From: an uncultured candidate division Zixibacteria bacterium
GTDB taxonomy: Bacteria; Zixibacteria; MSB-5A5; GN15; FEB-12
Length of the DNA stretch: 64,000 nucleotides
Direction: 5' to 3'
Assembly: GCA_963664195.1 (NCBI GenBank)
Contig: OY760907.1
Coordinates: 960,001-1,024,000 of the forward strand
The translations under genes and the position numbers were made by a program. Below the pieces are notes generated by a model that was not told the DNA's origin, made no database searches, and saw only the letters and a program-made list of their open reading frames with translations. Every line of letters begins with the position of its first letter. The stretch's first letter is position 1. Below are positions 1 through 9,417 of this stretch, piece by piece.

Positions 1-759
1 CGACTGCTCTTCAAAGGCAGCAGCCCGGAGGACCGCGCGCTCATGATGCTCGTACGGGCCAATTTCAAACATGACACTCGGTTCCGAATGGGCGTACTCG
101 CGTTCCTGCCGCTGTTGGTTTTTTACCTCGTGTACGGTCTAGCTATTTCTGAAGGTGCCGCAATCACCGACCCGCTGGCCCCCATGCTGGCGACGGGAGG
201 CGACCGGGTTCACGGCGGTATGACCAACTTCCTGTTTGGCATTGTGGCACTGGGTTCACCCGCATGGGTAATCGTTGCGATGCAGATGTCGAAAGAATGG
301 CGGGCGGCCTGGGTCTTTTTTGCTGCGCCGATTGACCGCGTCCGCATGGTCAACTCGATGAGCCGTTTGACCTATCGCATTCTTCTCCTGCCGCTGGGCG
401 TGGTGCTTTGTGCGATCCTCACCTATCTCTACGGCAATGTCCTCCATGCGATCATGCACTCCGCCGCTATGGTGGCAGTGGCAATGGCCGGCACGGCGTT
501 AATCACGACGGTCAGTATTCGGATGCCATTTGCGCTGGAGTACACCTCGGGCAACAGTACTTCCTCGACCTTGAAACCGATGATGCTGTCGATGGTGTCG
601 TTCGGGATTCCGATAGGCATAGTCAGCTTTGCCGGATATTTCGGCTATCTTGGCTGGGTGATTTTTGTCACGGCGGCACTGGTGGCGTGGTATCTACTCA
701 CTCGCGGACGCGACGCCCGAATCGAAAAAGAGGCGAAAACCTGGCAGTTCACGGGCTAG
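1..759 (+). CDS. Multi-pass membrane protein, possibly an ABC-2-type permease (5' truncated by the window edge)
   Basis: Frame is open from base 1. About six hydrophobic segments and a W-x-F-F-A-A-P motif reminiscent of permeases. Confidence 0.55.
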   Translation, partial: RLLFKGSSPEDRALMMLVRANFKHDTRFRMGVLAFLPLLVFYLVYGLAISEGAAITDPLAPMLATGGDRVHGGMTNFLFGIVALGSPAWVIVAMQMSKEWRAAWVFFAAPIDRVRMVNSMSRLTYRILLLPLGVVLCAILTYLYGNVLHAIMHSAAMVAVAMAGTALITTVSIRMPFALEYTSGNSTSSTLKPMMLSMVSFGIPIGIVSFAGYFGYLGWVIFVTAALVAWYLLTRGRDARIEKEAKTWQFTG

Positions 760-1127
760 AAGTGGTGTTCACCGATACAAGATGCGCAGAACACACGAAG
801 ACTCACGGGACCACACAACACGTTGTCGCCCAGCATCTTACGGCACGCTCAGGGTCTGGCGGTTCAGGCCAGTTGGAAAAATACTGAAAATAAACTCCAT
901 TTTGCCAGAATAATGGTAGGTTTTTGAGAAACAGCAGAGTAACTTATTCGCCACAGATTCATTTTGAGTTCAGTCTTTGTCGCAGTATTGTCTTAATCTA
1001 CAACCTTGCATAAAGCTTAATCTCGAATTGATCGCGCAATCACGCGCAAGACATCATTTGTCTTGGAGTATACCGGAGCCTGCTGGAATCGGAATTCACT
1101 TCGGGATAAGCAACTAAGGAGTGTAGA

Positions 1128-1424
1128 ATGAATATCTACATCGGAAACTTGTCGTTTAAGTCGACAGAAGATCAGTTACGCCAGGCCTTCGAGGGTTATG
1201 GTGAAGTTACGTCCGTCAGCATCATTACTGATAAGTATACGGGTGACCCGAGAGGTTTCGCGTTTATCGAAATGCCGGCCAAGGACGAGGCTATTGCTGC
1301 CATCGCCGGCCTGAACGGTCAGGACCTCGATGGTCGCGCATTGAACGTCAACGAAGCCAAGCCGCGCACCGGTGGCAGCGGCGGCGGTGGTAACCGTGGC
1401 GGCGGCGGACGCGGTCGTTACTAG
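1128..1424 (+). CDS. RRM-domain RNA-binding protein with Gly-rich tail
   Basis: RNP2 IYIGNL, RNP1 RGFAFIEM, GGGGRGRY tail; RBS AAGGAG upstream. Confidence 0.95.
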   Translation: MNIYIGNLSFKSTEDQLRQAFEGYGEVTSVSIITDKYTGDPRGFAFIEMPAKDEAIAAIAGLNGQDLDGRALNVNEAKPRTGGSGGGGNRGGGGRGRY

Positions 1425-1469
1425 ACTGTCCTCTGCTGCATCAAGATAACTGATCTTGATACAAGTGCA

Positions 1470-1501
1470 AAGCGACCGGCGAAATGCCGGCCGCTTTTTT
1501 T
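1470..1501 (+). terminator. Rho-independent terminator
   Basis: AGCGACCGGC-GAAAT-GCCGGCCGCT hairpin followed by a T run, downstream of the RRM gene. Confidence 0.8.
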
Positions 1502-1750
1502 GTGTCTGGAGCAAGTTTGCCTCAGTGCCGCAGACTCAAACACCCCTCCAAGCAAGCTTGAAGGGTCCGCCCGGATTCTGTAGCCGAAAATCAGTCTCCA
1601 TCCAACGGGTGCCACCCTCAAGCGATTCGACGAGTCCACAGCCAAAGATTATGATCGGAGCTTGAGGGTGTTGACACGTACAGCACAACTACTTCTTCGG
1701 TGATCTCTTCTTGTCGTTGAACTCGGGAAGACCCCCGAATTCTGTCGCAA

Positions 1751-2156
1751 AACGAGCGCCCTCACGAATCAATTGGTCAACGCTTTCCCAAGGAACTGTA
1801 TGTCCCATCATCGCGATGTTATCCGTCGGCGTTGCCCGAGATGACCTATCCCGATGATATGCACCTGCGTTGGGTTAAACACCAGGGGGACATCAAGTGG
1901 AAACAGCGCCATGTCTATCTCTCGGCCACGCTGGCCGGCCAACTCGTGGGGCTTCGTCAGATTGACGAGGATCTCTGGGACATCTACTTCGGACCCATCC
2001 GACTGGCCCAACTCGACACCGTCAAGAAAAGACTGATTCACCTACCGAAAACGAAGAAACGCAAAAGCAGGCATTCGACAGGAAAAGAGCATTGATAACC
2101 AAAAAAGTGTTACCTATGTGCCTGGATTAATCTGTAACCTATGTCCGGATCAGACA
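1751..2156 (+). mobile_element. IS481-family remnant (3' end of transposase plus right end)
   Basis: Frame 1751..2095 reads NERPHESIGQRFPKELY...YPDDMHLRWVKHQGDIKW...LWDIYFGPIRL, typical of an IS481 C-terminus. It is followed by repeated TGT(T/A)ACCTATGT motifs ending in ...ACA at 2156. Confidence 0.8.
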
Positions 2157-2158
2157 GT

Positions 2159-2302
2159 AGCCCGGTAGCCCATCCGTCCTCGGGTGGGTTCCAGATGTAT
2201 GCGCCAAGGCTCCACCCACGTGATTAGAATATACAAAGAGACCTACAATCCCACAACAAAAAAGCCCCCGCGCTTGCGGGGACTTTCATATTATGGCGGG
2301 GT
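2159..2302. repeat. 144-bp direct repeat, copy 1 (last 9 nt of tRNA-Asp plus downstream terminator region)
   Basis: Identical by eye to 3267..3410. Confidence 0.95.
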
Positions 2303-2567
2303 GGACCTCACTCTCCCCAAACTTTTGTGGAATTCGAATTTCTGGTGAAATTCAGCTATTCAATGGCATGTGAAAGTCGTTGGAAAGTAATAAAGTACAA
2401 AAAGCGGCCGAATAGAATTGATATAGATTATTAAGCCAATAGACTGCTGCAATCGCTGCGATCCGGGCAGTTATTGCAGTGCAAGTATAATTAGCAACTG
2501 TTATGGCTGCCCCAGTAATCATCTGAATTCGTAATATGCAATCACTGATAATTGCACAACCATGTGT

Positions 2568-3200
2568 TCAAGTATCCGTCTCCGCCGACCCCGGTTCATT
2601 TGTGAATGTAAGGAGGTTGCGAAGGGGGGGGCCATTAGGTAGCTTGGCATCGATGCTAGCACCTGCTTTGATAAGGTATTGCGCGCAATCCAGATGTTCA
2701 TTTAAGATCGCATAGCCAAGCGCTGTCACTCCGCTTGCACTGGTGTCTTCAAGGGAGACTTTATAGCCCAGAGTCAGCTCTTTGATGGCAGCCAGGTCGC
2801 CAGAGTAAGCGGCAAGATGTAGGGCACCAACACCCTGCTTGTTCTGGATGCTGGTGTCCGCCTTCTTTAACAAAAGGAGAAAAAAGGTCTTATGGCGGGC
2901 TTCTTCGGGCGCCTCACCACAAAGGAATGTGCCCTCGAGCGGAGTATCCTTGGCGCGCACAAGGCAATGAAGAGGAGTATCACCATTATGGTCCTGTGCG
3001 TTCACGTCGGCATCATAGAGAACTAATAGTTCGGCCATTTTATGCTGCCATCCGGACACTGCTGCATGTAGCATGGTGGAACCGCTCGCGTCTGCATACG
3101 ACACCGGCCCACCGGCTCGCAAGAAAGCAACCACGAAGTTCATATCGCCTGCAAAGGCAGAGATTTGCGGCTTGCTTCCTACAGAATCATGTTCGGGCAT
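2568..3200 (-). CDS. Ankyrin-repeat protein
   Basis: Repeated G-x-T-(P/A)-L-H motifs: GSTMLHAA, GDTPLHCL, GVGALHLAA, GVTALGYA. Confidence 0.85.
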   Translation of the reverse strand: MPEHDSVGSKPQISAFAGDMNFVVAFLRAGGPVSYADASGSTMLHAAVSGWQHKMAELLVLYDADVNAQDHNGDTPLHCLVRAKDTPLEGTFLCGEAPEEARHKTFFLLLLKKADTSIQNKQGVGALHLAAYSGDLAAIKELTLGYKVSLEDTSASGVTALGYAILNEHLDCAQYLIKAGASIDAKLPNGPPLRNLLTFTNEPGSAETDT

Positions 3201-3266
3201 TTATTCTCCAACCTTGAAGCTTCTCAGGTCTTCTTCCGCACTATGCAACAGCGCTTGGATTTCCCC

Positions 3267-3410
3267 AGCCCGGTAGCCCATCCGTCCTCGGGTGGGTTCC
3301 AGATGTATGCGCCAAGGCTCCACCCACGTGATTAGAATATACAAAGAGACCTACAATCCCACAACAAAAAAGCCCCCGCGCTTGCGGGGACTTTCATATT
3401 ATGGCGGGGT
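3267..3410. repeat. 144-bp direct repeat, copy 2 (overlaps the tRNA-Asp 3' end)
   Basis: Identical by eye to 2159..2302. Confidence 0.95.
3365..3394 (-). terminator. tRNA operon terminator (duplicated in repeat copy 1)
   Basis: Minus strand AAGTCCCCGC-AAGC-GCGGGGGCTT followed by a T run. Confidence 0.8.
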
Positions 3411-3478
3411 TGACGAGACTCGAACTCGCGGCCTCCTGCGTGACAGGCAGGCGTTCTAACCAACTGAACTACAACCCC
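3402..3478 (-). tRNA. tRNA-Asp(GTC)
   Basis: Cloverleaf GGGGTTG...CAACCCC-G-CCA; anticodon arm CCTGC-CTGTCAC-GCAGG; GTTCGAG T-loop. Confidence 0.97.
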
Positions 3479-3562
3479 GATACTTTTCGTATCTATCGTC
3501 CAATCAACTCCAATCTTGAAGCCGATCAGGTATGTCGTCGCGCCACGAGGGGCCCAAACAAA

Positions 3563-3636
3563 TGGGCGATACTGGATTCGAACCAGTGACCCCCTGCGTG
3601 TAAGGCAGGTGCTCTAACCAGCTGAGCTAACCGCCC
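3563..3636 (-). tRNA. tRNA-Val(TAC), CCA not encoded
   Basis: GGGCGGT...ATCGCCC-A; anticodon arm CCTGC-CTTACAC-GCAGG; GTTCGAA T-loop. Confidence 0.96.
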
Positions 3637-3709
3637 TCTATGTCAATCATCCGCCAACCAACCTCAAAGCCATTCTGGTCAATGACCGTGCCTCCGTCAG
3701 CGGGCAACC

Positions 3710-3737
3710 AATATACACAAGATTTGCAAATACGCAA
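3710..3737 (-). promoter_or_regulatory. Candidate sigma70 promoter for the tRNA-Val/Asp operon
   Basis: Minus strand TTGCGT-N16-TATATT with an extended -10 TG. Confidence 0.55.
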
Positions 3738-3848
3738 GAGAATTACAGCCCGAAAAAAGCCCATTCTACAACCGTATGTACATAAAAGGCCGCCAGGCGA
3801 CCCTCACCTCAGCTCTCTCCAGACCACGACAGATACAGCCGAAGCCGT

Positions 3849-4133
3849 CTACCGCTCCGCTACCTGGCCGCCGTCAGACTCGGCGACTTCTCTGTCGTCG
3901 GGTCTCCCCTTGGCCATAATCGCAAACGGTATCAGTGCATAACCGATCACCAGAACAATCGGCGCCACCTTAAGCGTCACGCTGTTGTTGGGATCGTCGC
4001 CGTAGCCCAGACAGATATATCCGATTACCAGAACCACCATCGACACGGCAAAGAGAATATAGTTCTTCTTGCCGAACGGCCAAATGATGGTCTTCGATCC
4101 GGACTCTTCCGCTTTTTTCTTCTTAATTGCCAT
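3849..4133 (-). CDS. DUF3098-family small membrane protein
   Basis: PFGKKNYIL...IGY...APIVLVIGY pattern with two TM helices; ATG at 4133 after GGCGGT. Confidence 0.75.
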   Translation of the reverse strand: MAIKKKKAEESGSKTIIWPFGKKNYILFAVSMVVLVIGYICLGYGDDPNNSVTLKVAPIVLVIGYALIPFAIMAKGRPDDREVAESDGGQVAER

Positions 4134-4170
4134 ATACTTACCGCCTAAAATAGCGACCAACGCCCTGCTG

Positions 4171-5439
4171 TCAAGGTTCTATATCGATCACCGTCAGTTT
4201 TCCTTCGTCCGGAGCTTTATACCAAACGGAGAGCCCGACCGCCCAGACAAACATCAACACCTGTCTCGCCTCCTCGTCAGCAAAGGTCGCCTCGGTCGCC
4301 GATGACGCTAAGAACACGACTGAGCCAAGCAGCGAGGCCGCCAGCAGCCTCCTTGCGCGAGTGTCTGGCCCGGCCCGCCTGTAACCAATCCACAGGTACA
4401 GAAGAACACACCCCCACATACCTGCAAACAGAACACCGCCCGGAATACCGGCGATGGCCGTGACGTTCAATAAGTCGTTGTGTGCGTGTGCATACCAGCG
4501 GTTCGAGCCCACCGACTCCATCACGCGATCTCGATAATTCTCAAAAAAGCTACCCGCCCCTACGCCGGTCACAGGATGGTCCTCGATAATATCAAGCGTG
4601 GTGCGCCAGATGAAACGACGCCCACCCGGCCACTCTTTGGTCATGTGCTTGTCCAGATTCTCTCCGAAACGACCGCTAATACCCTGGATGGAGTACATCA
4701 ATCCGACTACACCGAGCAGCAACGCCAAACCAACCGGGAGATACTTTCTCCGAATGAAAAACAGCAGCAAAACCAGCCCTACCAACAGCGCCAGCAAAGG
4801 GCCACGACTGTTACTCATCACGGTAGACATCACGGCGGCCACACCACCGAAGGTAACCAGTCCTCTTGAGAACCCGGTCAGATCACACTTGCCGGCAAAC
4901 CGGTAGCCCAGAAGAAACAGCGCCGCCATTGCCGAGTAATTGCCAAAAGTCAGCGGATGCGAGAAATTCCCACTGATACGAACCGAAGTGTCCGCAGTTA
5001 CCTGAAGCCCCTCCTCCCAATGAATTCCAAGCTTACCCCACAACCCCCAGGCACCGTACAACATGACAAGGATCACGCCGAGAGACAGCAGCGCCACGAA
5101 CCGATCAAGATTCTTCCCCCGCGGCATCCAATAGATAGCCAGGGGGACAAGAACAAAAAGCCATTCTTCCCTGATGTTGTTTAGTGATTCGAGAGGCGTA
5201 CCGTTAACCAGGGCCGCAAAGACCATCCAACTCACGTACGCCCCCACTGCAATGTAGAACCATTTCAGCGGGCGAACAAACGGACGGTACTTCTCGCGAA
5301 TGGCAATGATGATGAACAAAACCACCGAGACTTCGACCGCGAATTGCGAAAGGGCAATGGAGAACGTCGATGCAAACGCGAACAGCAAAAGGAACCAGAA
5401 GAGCACCCGGGAGAGTTTACCAGTTGTCGTGTCGCTCAT
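4171..5439 (-). CDS. O-antigen ligase (WaaL/Wzy_C) family protein
   Basis: About 12 TM segments; SRG, R-x-x-IW, HPVTGVGAG and HAHN motifs. Confidence 0.85.
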   Translation of the reverse strand: MSDTTTGKLSRVLFWFLLLFAFASTFSIALSQFAVEVSVVLFIIIAIREKYRPFVRPLKWFYIAVGAYVSWMVFAALVNGTPLESLNNIREEWLFVLVPLAIYWMPRGKNLDRFVALLSLGVILVMLYGAWGLWGKLGIHWEEGLQVTADTSVRISGNFSHPLTFGNYSAMAALFLLGYRFAGKCDLTGFSRGLVTFGGVAAVMSTVMSNSRGPLLALLVGLVLLLFFIRRKYLPVGLALLLGVVGLMYSIQGISGRFGENLDKHMTKEWPGGRRFIWRTTLDIIEDHPVTGVGAGSFFENYRDRVMESVGSNRWYAHAHNDLLNVTAIAGIPGGVLFAGMWGCVLLYLWIGYRRAGPDTRARRLLAASLLGSVVFLASSATEATFADEEARQVLMFVWAVGLSVWYKAPDEGKLTVIDIEP

Positions 5440-6026
5440 GCGAAGAGATCTCTCTCCACCAGTTCAACCAGTGTGTGCACGAGGAACAGATGCTCTTCCT
5501 GGATACGTTGCGTCGAGGAATCAGGAATGACCAGAGGCCGATCTACCATACTGACCAGTTTGCCGCCATTACCGCCGAGCAGAGCGGCAGTTAACACGGT
5601 CTTCTGGTGCGCCGTCGTAACCGCACGGACCAGATTCTCCGAGTTGCCGGAAGTCGACATCACCAACAGCATGTCACCCTTGTTGCCGAGCGCTTCTACC
5701 TGTCGGGCAAATATGTTGTCATATCCGTAGTCATTTGCACAGGCCGTAATGACCGAGGTATCGGCAGTCAGAGAAATCGCGGGAAGTGCCTGACGGTTCC
5801 TGGCCGAGGTCAACCGCACCACCATCTCCGCAGCGAAATGACACGACATAGAGGCCGACCCGCCGTTGCCGGCAATCAACAGTTTCCCCCCCGCCCCTAA
5901 CACACCGGAGATGACCGCAGCCATTTCGATTACGCGCGCCCCCAACTCTTCAACTACCGTGCGACGCAGCAAACTTGAATGCTCGGCGTGCTTTCTCAAT
6001 TCCAGAAGGACTTCCTGCTCACTCAT
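5436..6026 (-). CDS. gmhA: Phosphoheptose isomerase (SIS domain)
   Basis: GNGGSA, ANDYGY, FARQV, STSGNS and RIQEEH motifs. Confidence 0.9.
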   Translation of the reverse strand: MSEQEVLLELRKHAEHSSLLRRTVVEELGARVIEMAAVISGVLGAGGKLLIAGNGGSASMSCHFAAEMVVRLTSARNRQALPAISLTADTSVITACANDYGYDNIFARQVEALGNKGDMLLVMSTSGNSENLVRAVTTAHQKTVLTAALLGGNGGKLVSMVDRPLVIPDSSTQRIQEEHLFLVHTLVELVERDLFA

Positions 6027-6793
6027 ACTCTAACAGCTCTCCGGGGATGTGAGGCAGCAGTCAACTCTCTCAAACGAGTCAGGGAGCAATCACGCTCCAA
6101 CCTGGTGCCCATGATTATAAACGACGCTCCCGCCCCGACTCTGGACGCACAGTCTTCCGGCGTATGCAACCCGCCTCCGACCATCAGGGGAATGTCTACT
6201 ATAGAAGAGACGGCCTCTACCATCTCCACCGGCACCGCCTTCTCCGCACCGGACCCGGCTTCGAGATAGGCCAGCTTCATACCCATATATTGCGCCGCAA
6301 GCGCGTGGGCACAGGCGATATCCGGTTTGTTGCGTGGTATCGGCAGCGATGCAGAAATAAACTGCACCGAAGTCAGCGGACCGGACTCAATCAACATGTA
6401 TCCCGTGGGGATGGCCTCAAGTCCGGCGGCCTTGATAAACGGTGCCCCCTTCACCTGCTCGTCAATCAGGTACTGCGGATTGCGACCGGAGATCAGCGAC
6501 GTGAACAAAATCGCATCGGCAGACGATGTTATCTGCGTGTACGATCCGGGGAATATCACGACAGGCAACGGCGTCACACTCTTGATCTCTTCGACCGCGG
6601 CTGAGAAATTGCCTGCCATCATAAACGATGTTCCAACCAGGATAGCATCAACACCCGAATCTGCCGCTGCAGACGCAAGGGTCAGATAATCTCTCGGCTC
6701 CGATCGATCAGGATCAATCAGAAGTAGAAACCCGCCGCCGCGCTCTTCCCGAGCTCTCAGCAAAGCCTGATAGACGTGGTCCATTTTGCTCAC
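6023..6793 (-). CDS. Geranylgeranylglyceryl/heptaprenylglyceryl phosphate synthase (group II GGGPS-like)
   Basis: LIDPD, PVVIFPG, SLISGRNP, PTGYMLIE, YLEAGSGA and VGGG motifs. Confidence 0.9.
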   Translation of the reverse strand: MSKMDHVYQALLRAREERGGGFLLLIDPDRSEPRDYLTLASAAADSGVDAILVGTSFMMAGNFSAAVEEIKSVTPLPVVIFPGSYTQITSSADAILFTSLISGRNPQYLIDEQVKGAPFIKAAGLEAIPTGYMLIESGPLTSVQFISASLPIPRNKPDIACAHALAAQYMGMKLAYLEAGSGAEKAVPVEMVEAVSSIVDIPLMVGGGLHTPEDCASRVGAGASFIIMGTRLERDCSLTRLRELTAASHPRRAVRV

Positions 6794-9417
6794 CCCTGTG
6801 TTTCCTTGAGCATTTCCTTCAATACCGCAAACATCTCAACAGCCTTCGTGCCTTCATCGACACCACCCTGCGCGAAATTGGGCTTGCCTCCACCGCGCCC
6901 GCCAAACCTACTCAGTAGGTCCTTTGTAATCTTACCTACGTGAACGTTGTGGGATTTCACGGCGCTGGAACTCGCCGCCAACATCACAGCGATCTTGCCG
7001 TTGACATTGCCCATACCGACTGCAAACACCGGCTCGTTCTGCTCCTTGCGGTTGTCGATCCAGGCCGACATCGTATCCCGATCACTCTCTCCGAAATCGT
7101 GCGTCCAAACGCTCAACTCGCCGATCTTGCTTTCCTCGCCAACCGTCTGTCCGGCCCCCGCGACCATCTCGGCCTTAACTTTCTTGATCTCCTTCTGGAG
7201 TGCGGCAGCCGTCTCTTTCAATTGTTCCACGCCGTGCAGAGCCTCAGTTTCGGGACGTCCGACCAATCCGGCGACCTTCTGGCAGAAGACTTTGTTATCG
7301 AGCATCTGGCTCAACGCAGCCTGTCCGGTGATAGCCTCCATTCGTCTCACACCCGATGCAATCCCGGTCTCAACCGCTACAAAAAACGGTCCTATCTGGC
7401 TGACGTTTTGTACGTGGGTTCCGCCACACAGTTCCTTCGAGAAACCGCCGACCGACACGACACGTACCTCGTCACCGTACTTCTCACCAAACAGCGCCAT
7501 CGCACCGGAGGCTTTGGCAGCCTCGACATTCATCAGATCCGTCTGCACCGTTTCGGCGGCCAGTATCTGCTCATTGACAATACGCTCTACCTGAGCCACT
7601 TCGCCAGCCGTCATCGGTTGGTGATGCGAAAAATCAAACCGCAGTCTGTCAGGTCCAACATACGATCCCGATTGTCTGACATGATCGCCGAGTACCTTGC
7701 GGAGCGCCGCGTGCGCGAGATGAGTCGCGGTGTGGTTGCGCATGATATCCCAGCGACGTTTGATATCCACTTCGGCAGTCACAGGCTCCTCGACATTCAA
7801 TTTCTTGATATCACCGTGAGCCACCTTGCCGACATGGACATAATGGCCCTGGTGCACAAACAACGACCTGACTTCGATCGTCACAGCGTCGTTGTAGATG
7901 AATCCTGTGTCACCGGTTTGTCCGCCGGACTCAGCATAAAACGGTGTCCGGTCTAAAACGACAGCAACTTCGCCCGACTCTCCAACAGCGTGTAGTTGCA
8001 CGACAGCGTCGATCTTCAAACCTTCACGAACAAACTTGGTCGCCGGCAGTATTTCCAGAGCCGGTTCGGTCAGAGCCTCAAGGAAGCCGCGGTTGCCCTG
8101 TTCAACTGCAAACCCGGCCGCTGCTTTGGAACGCTCCTGCTGTGCGGACATCGCTTTCTCGAATCCGTTCTTGTCCAGTGAGAGCCCTTGCTCTCCGGCA
8201 ATGATCTCGGTCAGGTCATACGGAAAACCGTAAGTGTCATACAGCTTGAAAACATCTTCGCCGGGGACAACCGTTGTCCCGGTTTTCTTGAGTTTCTTCG
8301 AGAGATGCTCAAACTGCTCCAGTCCGGTATCGAGCGTGCGAAGAAACGATTCTTCCTCTGCCCTAATGACGTTTTCGATATGTGACTGCTTTTCCTTGAT
8401 CTCAGGGTAGGCCGCGCCCATCTCGTTGACGAGCACCGGAACCAGCCTGTAGATAAAAGGTTCCTTCGCGCCCAGCTTGCGTCCGTGCCTTGCGGCACGG
8501 CGGAGGATTCGGCGAAGAACGTACCCTCTTCCTTCGTTGGAAATACCGGCACCGTCGGCCAGTGAGAAAGTCAGCGCCCGGATATGATCCGCCACCACGT
8601 GATGCGACGAAATGTTGTCTTCGTATTTCGATCCGGTAAGCTCCGATACCGCCGTGACGAGATTCTGGAAAAGGTCAATCCCGTAATTAGTGTTGCATCC
8701 CTGCATGATCGCAGCGATACGTTCGAGGCCGGCTCCCGTATCCACCGAGGGCTTTGGCAGGTCGATGACTTTCCCATCGGGAAGCTGATCGTTCTGCATG
8801 AACACAAGATTCCAGATTTCGACAAACCGATCCGTCTCCCCGTTGACCACATGCTGCGGCCCGACACCGTATTTCTCGCCGCGATCGTAATGCAATTCCG
8901 AGCAGGGACCGCACGGTCCGACATCACCCATTGACCAGTAATTGTCATGTCGGCCGCATCGGAGTATGCGACCGTCTCTCAGCTCGGGCGCAACCTTCCC
9001 CCATAACTCGAACGCCTCGTCATCGGTCTCGTACACACTGGCGTAGAGACGATCCTTCGACAACCCGAGGTCTCTGGTCACCCATTCCCAGCAATACAAA
9101 ATCGCCTGTTCTTTGAAATAGTCGCCAAATGAGAAATTACCCAGCATTTCAAAAAACGTATGGTGTCTCGCGGTGAACCCGACATTGTCGAGATCGTTAT
9201 GTTTGCCGCCGGCGCGGATACACTTCTGCGAGCTGGTAGCCCGGGGAAAGTCCGATTTGGCCTTTCCAGTAAACACGTCCTTGAACTGGTTCATGCCGGC
9301 GTTGATGAACAGGATAGTCGGGTCATCAAACGGGATGACCGGAGACGACGGCACCAGGCGGTGGTCGTTCTTCTGGAAAAAATCCAGGAATGATTGTCGT
9401 ATATCGGCGGTCTTAAT
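6790..9417 (-). CDS. alaS: Alanine--tRNA ligase (start probably the ATT at 9417)
   Basis: NAGMNQFK, HHTFFEMLGNFSFGDYFK, HTATH, ELCGGTHV and GRGGGKP motifs. Confidence 0.97.
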   Translation of the reverse strand: MKTADIRQSFLDFFQKNDHRLVPSSPVIPFDDPTILFINAGMNQFKDVFTGKAKSDFPRATSSQKCIRAGGKHNDLDNVGFTARHHTFFEMLGNFSFGDYFKEQAILYCWEWVTRDLGLSKDRLYASVYETDDEAFELWGKVAPELRDGRILRCGRHDNYWSMGDVGPCGPCSELHYDRGEKYGVGPQHVVNGETDRFVEIWNLVFMQNDQLPDGKVIDLPKPSVDTGAGLERIAAIMQGCNTNYGIDLFQNLVTAVSELTGSKYEDNISSHHVVADHIRALTFSLADGAGISNEGRGYVLRRILRRAARHGRKLGAKEPFIYRLVPVLVNEMGAAYPEIKEKQSHIENVIRAEEESFLRTLDTGLEQFEHLSKKLKKTGTTVVPGEDVFKLYDTYGFPYDLTEIIAGEQGLSLDKNGFEKAMSAQQERSKAAAGFAVEQGNRGFLEALTEPALEILPATKFVREGLKIDAVVQLHAVGESGEVAVVLDRTPFYAESGGQTGDTGFIYNDAVTIEVRSLFVHQGHYVHVGKVAHGDIKKLNVEEPVTAEVDIKRRWDIMRNHTATHLAHAALRKVLGDHVRQSGSYVGPDRLRFDFSHHQPMTAGEVAQVERIVNEQILAAETVQTDLMNVEAAKASGAMALFGEKYGDEVRVVSVGGFSKELCGGTHVQNVSQIGPFFVAVETGIASGVRRMEAITGQAALSQMLDNKVFCQKVAGLVGRPETEALHGVEQLKETAAALQKEIKKVKAEMVAGAGQTVGEESKIGELSVWTHDFGESDRDTMSAWIDNRKEQNEPVFAVGMGNVNGKIAVMLAASSSAVKSHNVHVGKITKDLLSRFGGRGGGKPNFAQGGVDEGTKAVEMFAVLKEMLKETQG

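Noticed and set aside
3401..3589. 62-aa ORF MAGLTRLELAASCVTGRRSNQL
   Set aside because: It is the antisense translation of the tRNA genes.
6940..7956. 338-aa plus-strand ORF
   Set aside because: Antisense to alaS, with no independent evidence.
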